Part shown: piece by piece, positions 18,193 to 25,860 of the stretch | Position numbering within the stretch: position 1 is the first letter of the stretch | Layout of the letters: each line of letters starts with the position of its first letter | Translations under genes and position numbers: made by a program | Notes under the pieces: generated by a model | What the model saw: only the letters and a program-made list of their open reading frames with translations | Database searches by the model: none | Told to the model about the DNA's origin: nothing | NCBI RefSeq assembly: GCF_045114555.1 | Contig: NZ_JBGUKT010000018.1 | Location: forward strand, 1,907 to 33,906 | DNA: 32,000 nucleotides | Source: Methanobrevibacter sp. | GTDB lineage: Archaea > Methanobacteriota > Methanobacteria > Methanobacteriales > Methanobacteriaceae | Reading direction: 5' to 3'

Positions 18193-19314
18193 TTATCTGT
18201 ATACTTTTCGGCTATTCCAAATTTGCTTAGTGGATTTAAAACCGCTTCTTTTTAGTGATTTTTCATCAAAGTCATTTATCAAATCCACTAATCTTTCAAT
18301 AGCTGTCTCACTATTTTTTACAAGATCTGATTCCTTTTGGTCTGGGAGATTTTCAAAGGCCTCTGGAATTTCATCTATTTTAACGATTGGTATATTAAGT
18401 TCCTTTGCCAAATCCACACTTCCGTGGGTTTTGTGAAATCCTTCTATTTTTAATGATGGGATGTTGAATACTCCCGCTTCAATGGTCATTCCCATACCTG
18501 CAGCATATATTAGGTGTGATGCAGCATTCATAAAGCTTAACATGTCCACGTATTGAGGCAAGACCTTGATGTTTGGGGAAAGAACCAATTCCTTAACCAT
18601 ATCCCTATCAAATCTGTAAGGTGCAATCAATGCCTTAAGATTAAGCTCTTCTACAGACCGTATCAATGGTTCAATATCATCATCCTTCAAATCTCCACCA
18701 AGAACCACAAGGACAAATTCCTTCATTCCATATTCTCCGTAGATTTCATCCTTATCGATTAAATTATCTTCTTTTATAAAGTTGTCAACATATTTTGCCA
18801 TAGGATAACCCTCGATATTGACAACATTTTTCAGCCCATAATGGTTCTCCAGATATTCCTTATAGGCATTTGAAGGAACAGTTACAAGGTTGGCTTGTGA
18901 AATTACTTCTATCGGATTATAAATATCCTGCTCTATATGCAAAACCGGAATTTTCAAGATATTTGCAGCTACAATGGCTTTCCTAACATCCCCTGCATTT
19001 CCTGCAGTAATCAGTAAGTCAATGCCTTTTCCCTTAAGGGCATTGAATGACTTTAAGATATCCTTTGAAATTAGGTATGCCAATTTTCCAGTAGAATTCT
19101 TTTTCCCCCTTCTGCCTTCTCCAATAGAATATGTCTCATCACAATAAGGTTCGAGGAAATCCTTTGAAGATTCTCCATGATAAAGGCCGATTAACTTATT
19201 GATCTTAAAGCTTAATTTGCCTTCCTTTTCCCTTTCCCTCAACTTTTCTATGATTGGAATTATTGTTTTGGATGGAGTGATTTCTCCTGCAATGGCTATG
19301 TTTTTAGATTTCAT
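18193..19314 (-). CDS. GT-B fold glycosyltransferase (MurG/GT28-like C-terminal half)
   Basis: The C-terminal LIYAAGMGMTIEAGVFNIPSL resembles the MurG/GT28 nucleotide-sugar-binding segment. The N-terminal half has a Rossmann-like alternation (NIAIAG.., DLLITAGNAG..). ATG 19314 follows AAGGGGTG plus 6 nt and overlaps the upstream gene by 11 nt. Confidence 0.5.
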   Translation of the reverse strand: MKSKNIAIAGEITPSKTIIPIIEKLREREKEGKLSFKINKLIGLYHGESSKDFLEPYCDETYSIGEGRRGKKNSTGKLAYLISKDILKSFNALKGKGIDLLITAGNAGDVRKAIVAANILKIPVLHIEQDIYNPIEVISQANLVTVPSNAYKEYLENHYGLKNVVNIEGYPMAKYVDNFIKEDNLIDKDEIYGEYGMKEFVLVVLGGDLKDDDIEPLIRSVEELNLKALIAPYRFDRDMVKELVLSPNIKVLPQYVDMLSFMNAASHLIYAAGMGMTIEAGVFNIPSLKIEGFHKTHGSVDLAKELNIPIVKIDEIPEAFENLPDQKESDLVKNSETAIERLVDLINDFDEKSLKRSGFKSTKQIWNSRKVYR

Positions 19315-20449
19315 GATTTGCACCCCTTAGGTAATGGATGATAAGTAAAATTCCGATAAAATAGAATAGCCAAACCACGACATCAGTTGGGCCTGTTTCT
19401 ATCCAGATGATTGTTTGTGCAAGCAAAATTCCATAAAATGCTGTAAAGATGCTTTTCTTATGGTTTTGTATGCCATGCAATGTCTTTAAGATAAATCCTA
19501 ATAAAAACATTTGAAGGAGCATTCCTACAATACCAAAATCAAGTAATGCAGGGCCGAAAATTGTAGATGTTATTGAATGAACTCTACCAATTGTAGCTTG
19601 GCCAACCAAAACCCTTGCATCTGAATGTGTAAAGAATCCTGTCAATGTTGTGTAGAATAGGTTTCCCATTGTAGTGAATTGATTTTCAATGGCCTTGGAA
19701 AGTATATTCAATGTAAATGCAGCCCTATAAGAGACCAATTCAATTGGATTCAATGACCAATGCTGCCAGCTGATGGCTTGAACTGCAATGAATCCAACTG
19801 CCAAGAGAACAACTGCAATAGCCAAAATAGCTAAAATTATGTATTTCACATCAACATCACGTGTGTAATACAAAGTAATGAGGGCAGATAGCATGATTGC
19901 AATAGGAGTGGTCCTATATCCTGTAAGGGCAAACAATACCAAACCAATCACTAGCAACAGATAATGTGATTTTCTATTGTATTTTGCAAGCAAGACATTG
20001 ATGGAAGGCAAGAAAATTATGTAGGATATAAGCCAAATTTTAGTTGCGGCCTTTGCCTTTAATGTAGCTGAAAAAAGGGGTATGCCACCCAATAATGCTA
20101 TGTTTATAATCTGCAATAGAATACCCAAAGAAACAAGTCCCACAATAATCAATTCATTTTTTGAATATGAATCAGATAATGATAATTTCTCAGTATATAA
20201 ATTTTCTTTAGTTGTGGAACCAACATCGGCTTTAAAATTATTATTCATGAAATAGTTAGATATGAAAACACCAAAAATAAAGAATAAAAGCCCTAAACCG
20301 ATATAAAGATACAATTCTAAATTAGGAGCAGGCAATTCACGATAAAAATACCACATAGGCATAGCTATGATTAAAAATAGGATTACCATAACTACAAGAA
20401 TCAGCGGATTAAATAGATCAAAATTTCCGTTTTTAAAATCAAAGTTCAT
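19304..20449 (-). CDS. Wzy-like oligosaccharide repeat-unit polymerase (polytopic membrane protein)
   Basis: About 10-11 TM helices with one larger loop. The overall layout and length are similar to archaeal oligosaccharide repeat unit polymerase (TIGR04370-like) proteins as I recall them. ATG 20449 follows AAGGGG plus 5 nt. Confidence 0.5.
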   Translation of the reverse strand: MNFDFKNGNFDLFNPLILVVMVILFLIIAMPMWYFYRELPAPNLELYLYIGLGLLFFIFGVFISNYFMNNNFKADVGSTTKENLYTEKLSLSDSYSKNELIIVGLVSLGILLQIINIALLGGIPLFSATLKAKAATKIWLISYIIFLPSINVLLAKYNRKSHYLLLVIGLVLFALTGYRTTPIAIMLSALITLYYTRDVDVKYIILAILAIAVVLLAVGFIAVQAISWQHWSLNPIELVSYRAAFTLNILSKAIENQFTTMGNLFYTTLTGFFTHSDARVLVGQATIGRVHSITSTIFGPALLDFGIVGMLLQMFLLGFILKTLHGIQNHKKSIFTAFYGILLAQTIIWIETGPTDVVVWLFYFIGILLIIHYLRGANHEI

Positions 20450-20504
20450 AAAAACCCCTTAAATTAAGCGTTATGTAATTAAAAGCATTATTTTAGATTT
20501 TGTT

Positions 20505-20527
20505 AAAACTATTATAATAAGTTTATT
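20505..20527 (-). promoter_or_regulatory. Candidate TATA box for the polymerase-glycosyltransferase operon
   Basis: Minus strand reads AAACTTATTATAATAGTTTTAAC about 60-75 nt upstream of ATG 20449. Confidence 0.3.
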
Positions 20528-21073
20528 AAAAGGGCTTGAAGAGGTCATAAGGACTTTTTGAATAATCATAGTAATTTCATGATTAAAAATGAAAAAAATT
20601 TCCAATGAAAAAGATGAAAAGTGTGTAGGAAAATATTTTGAGAAGATGAAAAGTATACTAGATATTAAGTAAAACTGATTTTTCAAGAAAATAGTTTGAT
20701 GAACATAAAACTAACGTTCCAATAGATAAAAAAAATAACAAAGTAATACAAAAAATCATGAATATTTGATGAAAATCTAAGAAATATTTGGAAAATTCAT
20801 GAAAAATTATTGATAATATCATTTTTAAGAGAAAAAAATCCCCAAAATAAATGATATTACAAAAGATTTGAAATGATGATGAAAATAAATTAACATGATT
20901 ATGTTTTGATAATAACATTTGAAAAAAGTTTGAAAATTTTTAAAAAAAATTACACTTGAAATTTACGTCAAGGAATTTCTGGCCCTAAAATTGGCAAAAA
21001 ATGATAATAACAGGTTAACTCATTATACAGTTGAAATTTATGTCTAAGAGTTACAATGAAAATCAATCGAAAA

Positions 21074-21113
21074 ATACAACTCAATGAATTAAAAATGCAT
21101 ATGAATTGCATAT
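21074..21113 (+). repeat. Left copy of an imperfect inverted repeat bracketing the coiled-coil gene
   Basis: ATACAAC-TCAATGA...ATGCATATGAATTGCATAT matches the reverse complement of 22402-22465. The 19-mer matches at 17 of 19 positions, and the ACAAC/TCAATGA block is split by a 6 nt insertion in the right copy. Confidence 0.5.
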
Positions 21114-21221
21114 CCCCAAAAATAAAATGACATTACAATTATTAGAATAAAAAAATAGAAAAATTAGATGAAGAATAAGCAAATATAGAATGAAAAATAA
21201 GTAAATATAGAATGAAAATTT

Positions 21222-21264
21222 GTAAAAATAGAATAAAAAATAGAAGATGAAAAATTATTCATCT
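21222..21264 (-). terminator. Hairpin plus T-rich terminator of the coiled-coil gene, with the stop codon in the loop
   Basis: Minus strand reads AGATGAA-TAATTT-TTCATCT (7 bp perfect stem, 21245-21251/21258-21264). The TAA stop lies in the loop, and TCTATTTTTTATTCTATTTTT follows. Confidence 0.5.
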
Positions 21265-21950
21265 GTTTTTTCAGCTTCCAAGACATAGGTTTCTTTTGGC
21301 TTGCTTTCTATTTGCAAGTCACTGTCATCAGGTTGCCTATTTAATAGACGATCAATGAAGCTTCTGTTTTTATATCTGTCAATTAAAAGTCTATCCGCAG
21401 TTAACAATTGATCTTTATAAGCGATTTCCTTAAGGGTGTCCTGAAGCTGCTGGTTGACATTATGCAATTCCTTGTCTTTTTCAAGAACCAATTCATCATG
21501 TCTTTTTCTCTCTTCAAGGAGATTTTCTTCAGCCTTTTGCATAGCTAAATCAGACTTTGCCCTTTCAAGCCTAATCTCTTCATTAGCCTGTTTGATAAGC
21601 TGATCTTTCTCATCAATAATTTCATAGCATTTTGCAATGGCAGATTTATTTTCTTCAACCAAGTCCATGATTTCCTTATTCTTGTCTGAAATCTCATGAT
21701 TCCTTTGTTCCATAATCTCATTTATGGAAGAATCCGCTTCGCTGCGTGATTGCTTCAAATCTGAAATGGTATTTTTATTGTCGTCAATTTTAGCTTTAAG
21801 ATCATCGATCTCGTTTAGATAAGATTCATATTCACTTATCCTAAGAATCATTACCTTCTCTCCACCTTCAAAATTATCTTTTTTTGATAAGTCGATACGA
21901 TAAGTGAAACTGTTTCCTCTCTTATATTGTTTGACTTCCTTTTCTAACAT
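21255..21950 (-). CDS. Orphan coiled-coil protein with a possible N-terminal SpoVT/AbrB/MazE-like domain
   Basis: ATG 21950 follows GAAGGT plus 7 nt. The N-terminal KQYKRGNSFTYRIDLSKKDNFEGGEKVMIL resembles the GNS..RIP...l.eGd.V swapped-hairpin pattern. Residues from about 45 to 195 are heptad-rich, charged coiled coil. The tail is acidic. Confidence 0.6.
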   Translation of the reverse strand: MLEKEVKQYKRGNSFTYRIDLSKKDNFEGGEKVMILRISEYESYLNEIDDLKAKIDDNKNTISDLKQSRSEADSSINEIMEQRNHEISDKNKEIMDLVEENKSAIAKCYEIIDEKDQLIKQANEEIRLERAKSDLAMQKAEENLLEERKRHDELVLEKDKELHNVNQQLQDTLKEIAYKDQLLTADRLLIDRYKNRSFIDRLLNRQPDDSDLQIESKPKETYVLEAEKTDE

Positions 21951-21971
21951 AAAAAATACCTTCGTAATGAA

Positions 21972-21986
21972 AATGATATTATCATT
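21972..21986. promoter_or_regulatory. Palindrome AATGATATTATCATT in the leader of the coiled-coil gene (candidate operator)
   Basis: 7+1+7 perfect palindrome located 22-36 nt upstream of ATG 21950. Its half-site, AATGATATTA, recurs five more times in the surrounding island. Confidence 0.4.
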
Positions 21987-22401
21987 GAAATTCTTAAAAT
22001 TTTCTATATGAATAATATAATTAAATCATATAAAAAATTATTAACATTATTATATATGTTAACTCATTGCATATAAACTTAATTTAAAAATCTTTAAAAA
22101 AAACGAATTTGTAACTCAAAAAATTGAAAAAAATTATAAAAAAAGGTTGATGAGTCATAATGATATTACATAAGAACTTCAGTGCAGATAATTTGAGTTA
22201 TCACTTTTTTAAGATGAGTTGAAAATTTGAAAAAATCTAAAAAAAATAGCCGGTATCGTTTCAAGTGTAAAAATTGAGTTACAAAATTTGAAATGAAATT
22301 TTTAAAAAATCATAAAAATCTCAAATGATATTAACATGCTGTTTTTAAAAAAATATGAAGATCCTTGCCATAATTTCTGATTTTCGAAAAAGATTAAAAA
22401 A

Positions 22402-22465
22402 ATATGGAATTGATATGCATAAATGTACAAAAATATAGCATGTAATATCATTGAGTTAACGTTGT
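22402..22465 (-). repeat. Right copy of the imperfect inverted repeat bracketing the coiled-coil gene
   Basis: Minus strand reads ACAACGTTAACTCAATGA...ATGCATATCAATTCCATAT. See 21074-21113 for the partner copy. Confidence 0.5.
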
Positions 22466-22883
22466 ATCTACAAGTAGTTACAAAATGCATTAAAAAAATT
22501 GATGAAAATAATAGTTTAAAATAAATATTTTAAAAAAATAAAGATTCATTATTGTTATTTAAAAATATAACTAAAAAAACTCAAGTTTTAGAATAAAATA
22601 AATAATTAAAATAGATTTTGATATTTAAAAAATTTTATGGAAAAAATCCTCCAGATTCCTGAAGTAATACTTTTTTATGAGAAAAAATTCATCGAAAATT
22701 GAAAAATTTTGTATATTGTAAAAAAATTATGGAAAAAATGATGAAAAAATTGTATACATTATACAAAAGAAAATTTTAAAAAAAGTTCAAGGAAATAGAA
22801 AAAATGTAAAATATTAAACATGAAAAAAATTAAAACTGGAATCCAATAATTTTAAAAAAAGATAAAGAAAAAAAAATGAAATT

Positions 22884-24368
22884 TTAGTCTAACTCAGCTA
22901 TATTTTTAGTGAAATTATATGCAAAGTTAGGACATGAACAAGCATGAATATGAATGTAATTAGCTAAAGTGTTTCCAATGCTTACTCCATCCATATTATT
23001 CAATACACCTCTGCCTCTAAGGACATCAAATACTAAATCATCTGTACTGTCTATGTTGAGTTTAGTGTAATGGAATTCATGAGCACGGAAAATGTCACCC
23101 TCTTCAGATATGAGATTATCCCTATTTGAACTTGCTACAACATAATTCAATCCTTGAACTCTAGGAGTCATTTCAGCGCTGTATGGAATTGCATTTACCA
23201 TTCCTAAGCCATCAATGGATTCTGATAAATAGATTAATCCGCCACATTCACCGTATATTGGTCTATCTTCCTTATGGAATTTATTGATGGATTTCAACAT
23301 TGATTCATTTTGAGATAGGTCTTTCTTGAAGACTTCTGGGTATCCTCCACCAATGTAAAGGGCATCAACATCCGGAATTTCCTCATCCTTATAAGGGCTG
23401 AATGGAACTATCTTAGCGCCATTATCTTCCAGTGATTCCAATGTTTCCTTATAGTAAAAGGTGAATATCTCATCTATGGCAACACCAATTTTTATAGGAG
23501 ATTTATTTCCAGTTTTCCATAGCTCTCCAGGTTTTGAGCCATTGGTGACTTCCAGATTGATTGCTTCATTATGTTCCCTATTAAATTCATCCTCATGAAT
23601 GGATAAATCTACACGATGGCCATAATGATAATCATCTTCCATAGATTCTTTGGCTTTATTCTTATTGTCTTTTACAGCTGATTTGCTGGATGTTTTCATT
23701 ATATCCTTTAAAGCATCCAAGTCTATATATTCCTCAGCAATATGCCCCCAAAGTTCAATATTCCTATTGATCTTTTCCTTTTCAAGAGCAGGGACCAAGC
23801 CAAGATGCCTTTCTTCCACTGCAATCTCTTCATTTCTTGGAATTCCGCCTATTACCGGAACATTTGCCAACTTTTCAACTGACTCCTTTGCCTTTAGGAA
23901 ATGTCTTTGGCCTTTGACCTTATTTAAGATAACCCCTTCTATACGGACATCAGGGTCAAGTGCCTTAAAGCCCAATACAACAGCTGCTGCACTTTTCACC
24001 AAGCTTCTTGAATCCATAAGAAGAACTACAGGCGCATCTAAGGCCTTTGCAATGGATGCGGTATTACCTATATCACTGATAGGACTGATACCTTCATACA
24101 ATCCTCTTACACCTTCAATAATTCCCATATTAGATTTGGATATCTTTAAAGCTCTTTCAAATGAATTGATTATTTGAAATTCATCCATGAAAAATGAATC
24201 CAAGTTCCTTGATACATTGCCTGTAGCAATTGTATGATAAGAAGGATCAATAAAATCAGGGCCAACCTTGAAGGGTTGGACATTTTCATCTTGAAGTGCC
24301 TTCATTATTCCTGTAGAAATAGTGGTTTTTCCAACAGCACTTCCAGTTCCAGCTAGTACGACTTTCAT
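22884..24368 (-). CDS. cbiA: Cobyrinate / Ni-sirohydrochlorin a,c-diamide synthase (CbiA/CfbB family)
   Basis: It has an N-terminal P-loop ([11 protein letters not shown]) and a C-terminal glutamine amidotransferase half ([14 protein letters not shown]). A charged insertion of about 60 aa separates the domains. I cannot tell the B12 enzyme (CbiA) from the F430 enzyme (CfbB) from sequence alone. Confidence 0.8.
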   Translation of the reverse strand: MKVVLAGTGSAVGKTTISTGIMKALQDENVQPFKVGPDFIDPSYHTIATGNVSRNLDSFFMDEFQIINSFERALKISKSNMGIIEGVRGLYEGISPISDIGNTASIAKALDAPVVLLMDSRSLVKSAAAVVLGFKALDPDVRIEGVILNKVKGQRHFLKAKESVEKLANVPVIGGIPRNEEIAVEERHLGLVPALEKEKINRNIELWGHIAEEYIDLDALKDIMKTSSKSAVKDNKNKAKESMEDDYHYGHRVDLSIHEDEFNREHNEAINLEVTNGSKPGELWKTGNKSPIKIGVAIDEIFTFYYKETLESLEDNGAKIVPFSPYKDEEIPDVDALYIGGGYPEVFKKDLSQNESMLKSINKFHKEDRPIYGECGGLIYLSESIDGLGMVNAIPYSAEMTPRVQGLNYVVASSNRDNLISEEGDIFRAHEFHYTKLNIDSTDDLVFDVLRGRGVLNNMDGVSIGNTLANYIHIHACSCPNFAYNFTKNIAELD

Positions 24369-24516
24369 AATATTACATTAGCATATATTTTATATAAAAT
24401 TTTCTTAACTCTAGAAGTAATTGTTTTAAATTTTAATTGATTTTTGATAAGAATAATAAAAATAAGGGATTTTTGAAAAAAAAGTAATACAAAAAGAATA
24501 ATTATAATTTATAAGA

Positions 24517-24546
24517 TTTATTAATATTAATATAGATATTAATAAA
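24517..24546. promoter_or_regulatory. 11 bp perfect inverted repeat upstream of the radical SAM gene
   Basis: TTTATTAATAT-(8 nt)-ATATTAATAAA lies about 20 nt upstream of a TATTTATAAAAA TATA-like box and about 95 nt upstream of ATG 24642. Confidence 0.35.
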
Positions 24547-24641
24547 CAGAAGATTTATAAAAAAGGGTATTTATAAAAATTATAAAATGAAAAATACTTT
24601 CTTAACAAAATCAAATATTTAAAAATTAAAAGAGGTGAATT

Positions 24642-25757
24642 ATGTCTACATTAGAAAAAATGCAAGTTTTGGCAGATAGCGCACAATATGATCTCTGCGA
24701 TTATGTCAGCCATAGCAAGAGCTCACAAGTGAATCTCCCTGGGATTTACCATGCCACTGGACATAATGGATGCAAGATACCTCTATTTAAAACATTGATG
24801 ACAAACAAGTGCAAAAACGATTGCAAATATTGCATTAACCAAAGCAAACGCAATTTCACTCGTCTTGAATTAAGTCCTGAAGAACTTTCAAGAGCATTCC
24901 TGCACTACTACAACAACGGTTATGTCAATGGACTTTTTTTAAGTTCAGGAATTGGCGATACAATAGACAACACTATGGAAAAGACCATAGAGACTGCAAG
25001 AATCCTTAGAAAAGACTATGGATATGATGACTATATACATCTTAAAATCATTCCGGGAGCATCAAAGGATTCAATAAAAAGGGCCATGAGCTTGGCTAAT
25101 AGGGTAAGCCTGAATATTGAAGCGGCTACAAAAGACGGCCTTAATGAAATCACAAGCACCAAGGATTACAATAAGGATATCCTGAAAAGACTTGATTGGA
25201 TGAATGAAATAGCAAGAAAGAATCCGACTTTTGTAAAATCCGGCCATACAACACAATTGATTGTAGGTGCAAATGATGAAACCGACCTTGAAATCCTAAA
25301 AAGAATGGAAAGCCTGTATAAAAAAGTGGACTTGAGAAGAAGCTATTTCAGTGCATTTTCACCTGTGGAAGGAACAGAATTTGAGAAAAAGGAATCCTGC
25401 AATACAGATAGAACCGCTAAATTGTATCATGCAGATGCATTAATTAGCGATTATAAATTCGATGTTAAGGAACTTGTATTTGATGAGAACGACAAATTAT
25501 CCTTAAGGGAAGACCCAAAAATTTTAGCTGCAAGGGAAATGGATATTTTCCCTGTAGAAATAAACTATGCATCATACAAGCATTTGATTAGAGTTCCGGG
25601 AATAGGCCCAAAATCTGCAAGGAAGATTATGGCCATACGCAGAAACAAGCCATTTAAAAAATTGGAAGAGCTTCAAAGAATAGGTGTTGTGGTAAAAAGG
25701 GCAGAGCCATATATAAAATTAGATGGAAATTATCAATCAGCTTTGGATAATTACTAA
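24642..25757 (+). CDS. Radical SAM protein with a C-terminal helix-hairpin-helix (putative DNA modification/repair radical SAM, COG4277/TIGR03916-like)
   Basis: It carries the CKNDCKYC (Cx3Cx2C) cluster motif. The N-terminal LADSAQYDLC resembles the family signature. The C-terminal LIRVPGIGPKSARKIMAIRR is an HhH. SD GAGGTGA lies 3 nt before the ATG. Confidence 0.7.
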   Translation: MSTLEKMQVLADSAQYDLCDYVSHSKSSQVNLPGIYHATGHNGCKIPLFKTLMTNKCKNDCKYCINQSKRNFTRLELSPEELSRAFLHYYNNGYVNGLFLSSGIGDTIDNTMEKTIETARILRKDYGYDDYIHLKIIPGASKDSIKRAMSLANRVSLNIEAATKDGLNEITSTKDYNKDILKRLDWMNEIARKNPTFVKSGHTTQLIVGANDETDLEILKRMESLYKKVDLRRSYFSAFSPVEGTEFEKKESCNTDRTAKLYHADALISDYKFDVKELVFDENDKLSLREDPKILAAREMDIFPVEINYASYKHLIRVPGIGPKSARKIMAIRRNKPFKKLEELQRIGVVVKRAEPYIKLDGNYQSALDNY

Positions 25758-25817
25758 TATACAATAAACTAATAGATAAAAAAATAATAAATACTAAAAA
25801 ATAAAAAATTAAGATTA

Positions 25818-25843
25818 TACTTATTAAATCTACTTATTAAATC
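25818..25843 (+). repeat. Perfect tandem 13-mer (TACTTATTAAATC x2) in the leuA-like leader
   Basis: The two units occupy 25818-25830 and 25831-25843. They end 17 nt before ATG 25861, just upstream of the AGGATAGGG SD-like element. Confidence 0.8.
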
Positions 25844-25860
25844 AAAAAGGATAGGGAAAA

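Noticed and set aside
20471-20918. Minus-strand ORFs 20471-20686, 20658-20918 and 22302-22490 in the AT-rich island.
   Set aside because: Their F/I/L/K/N-rich translations are typical of random AT-rich DNA. They have no SD and overlap each other. I treat them as non-coding, although a decayed gene cannot be formally excluded.
22424-22429. An isolated TGTACA in the AT-rich island, considered as a further TRP box.
   Set aside because: It is a single copy, not near a TATA box or a trp gene, and is most likely a chance occurrence.
22738-22830. A C/D-box sRNA candidate, with ATGATGA at 22738-22744 and similar ATGATGA or TGATGA strings at 20873 and 22146.
   Set aside because: No correctly spaced CTGA D or D' boxes or terminal stem accompany any of them.
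23650-24177. A 175 aa + strand ORF.
   Set aside because: It is antisense to the cbiA-like gene, whose P-loop and amidotransferase motifs are clear.
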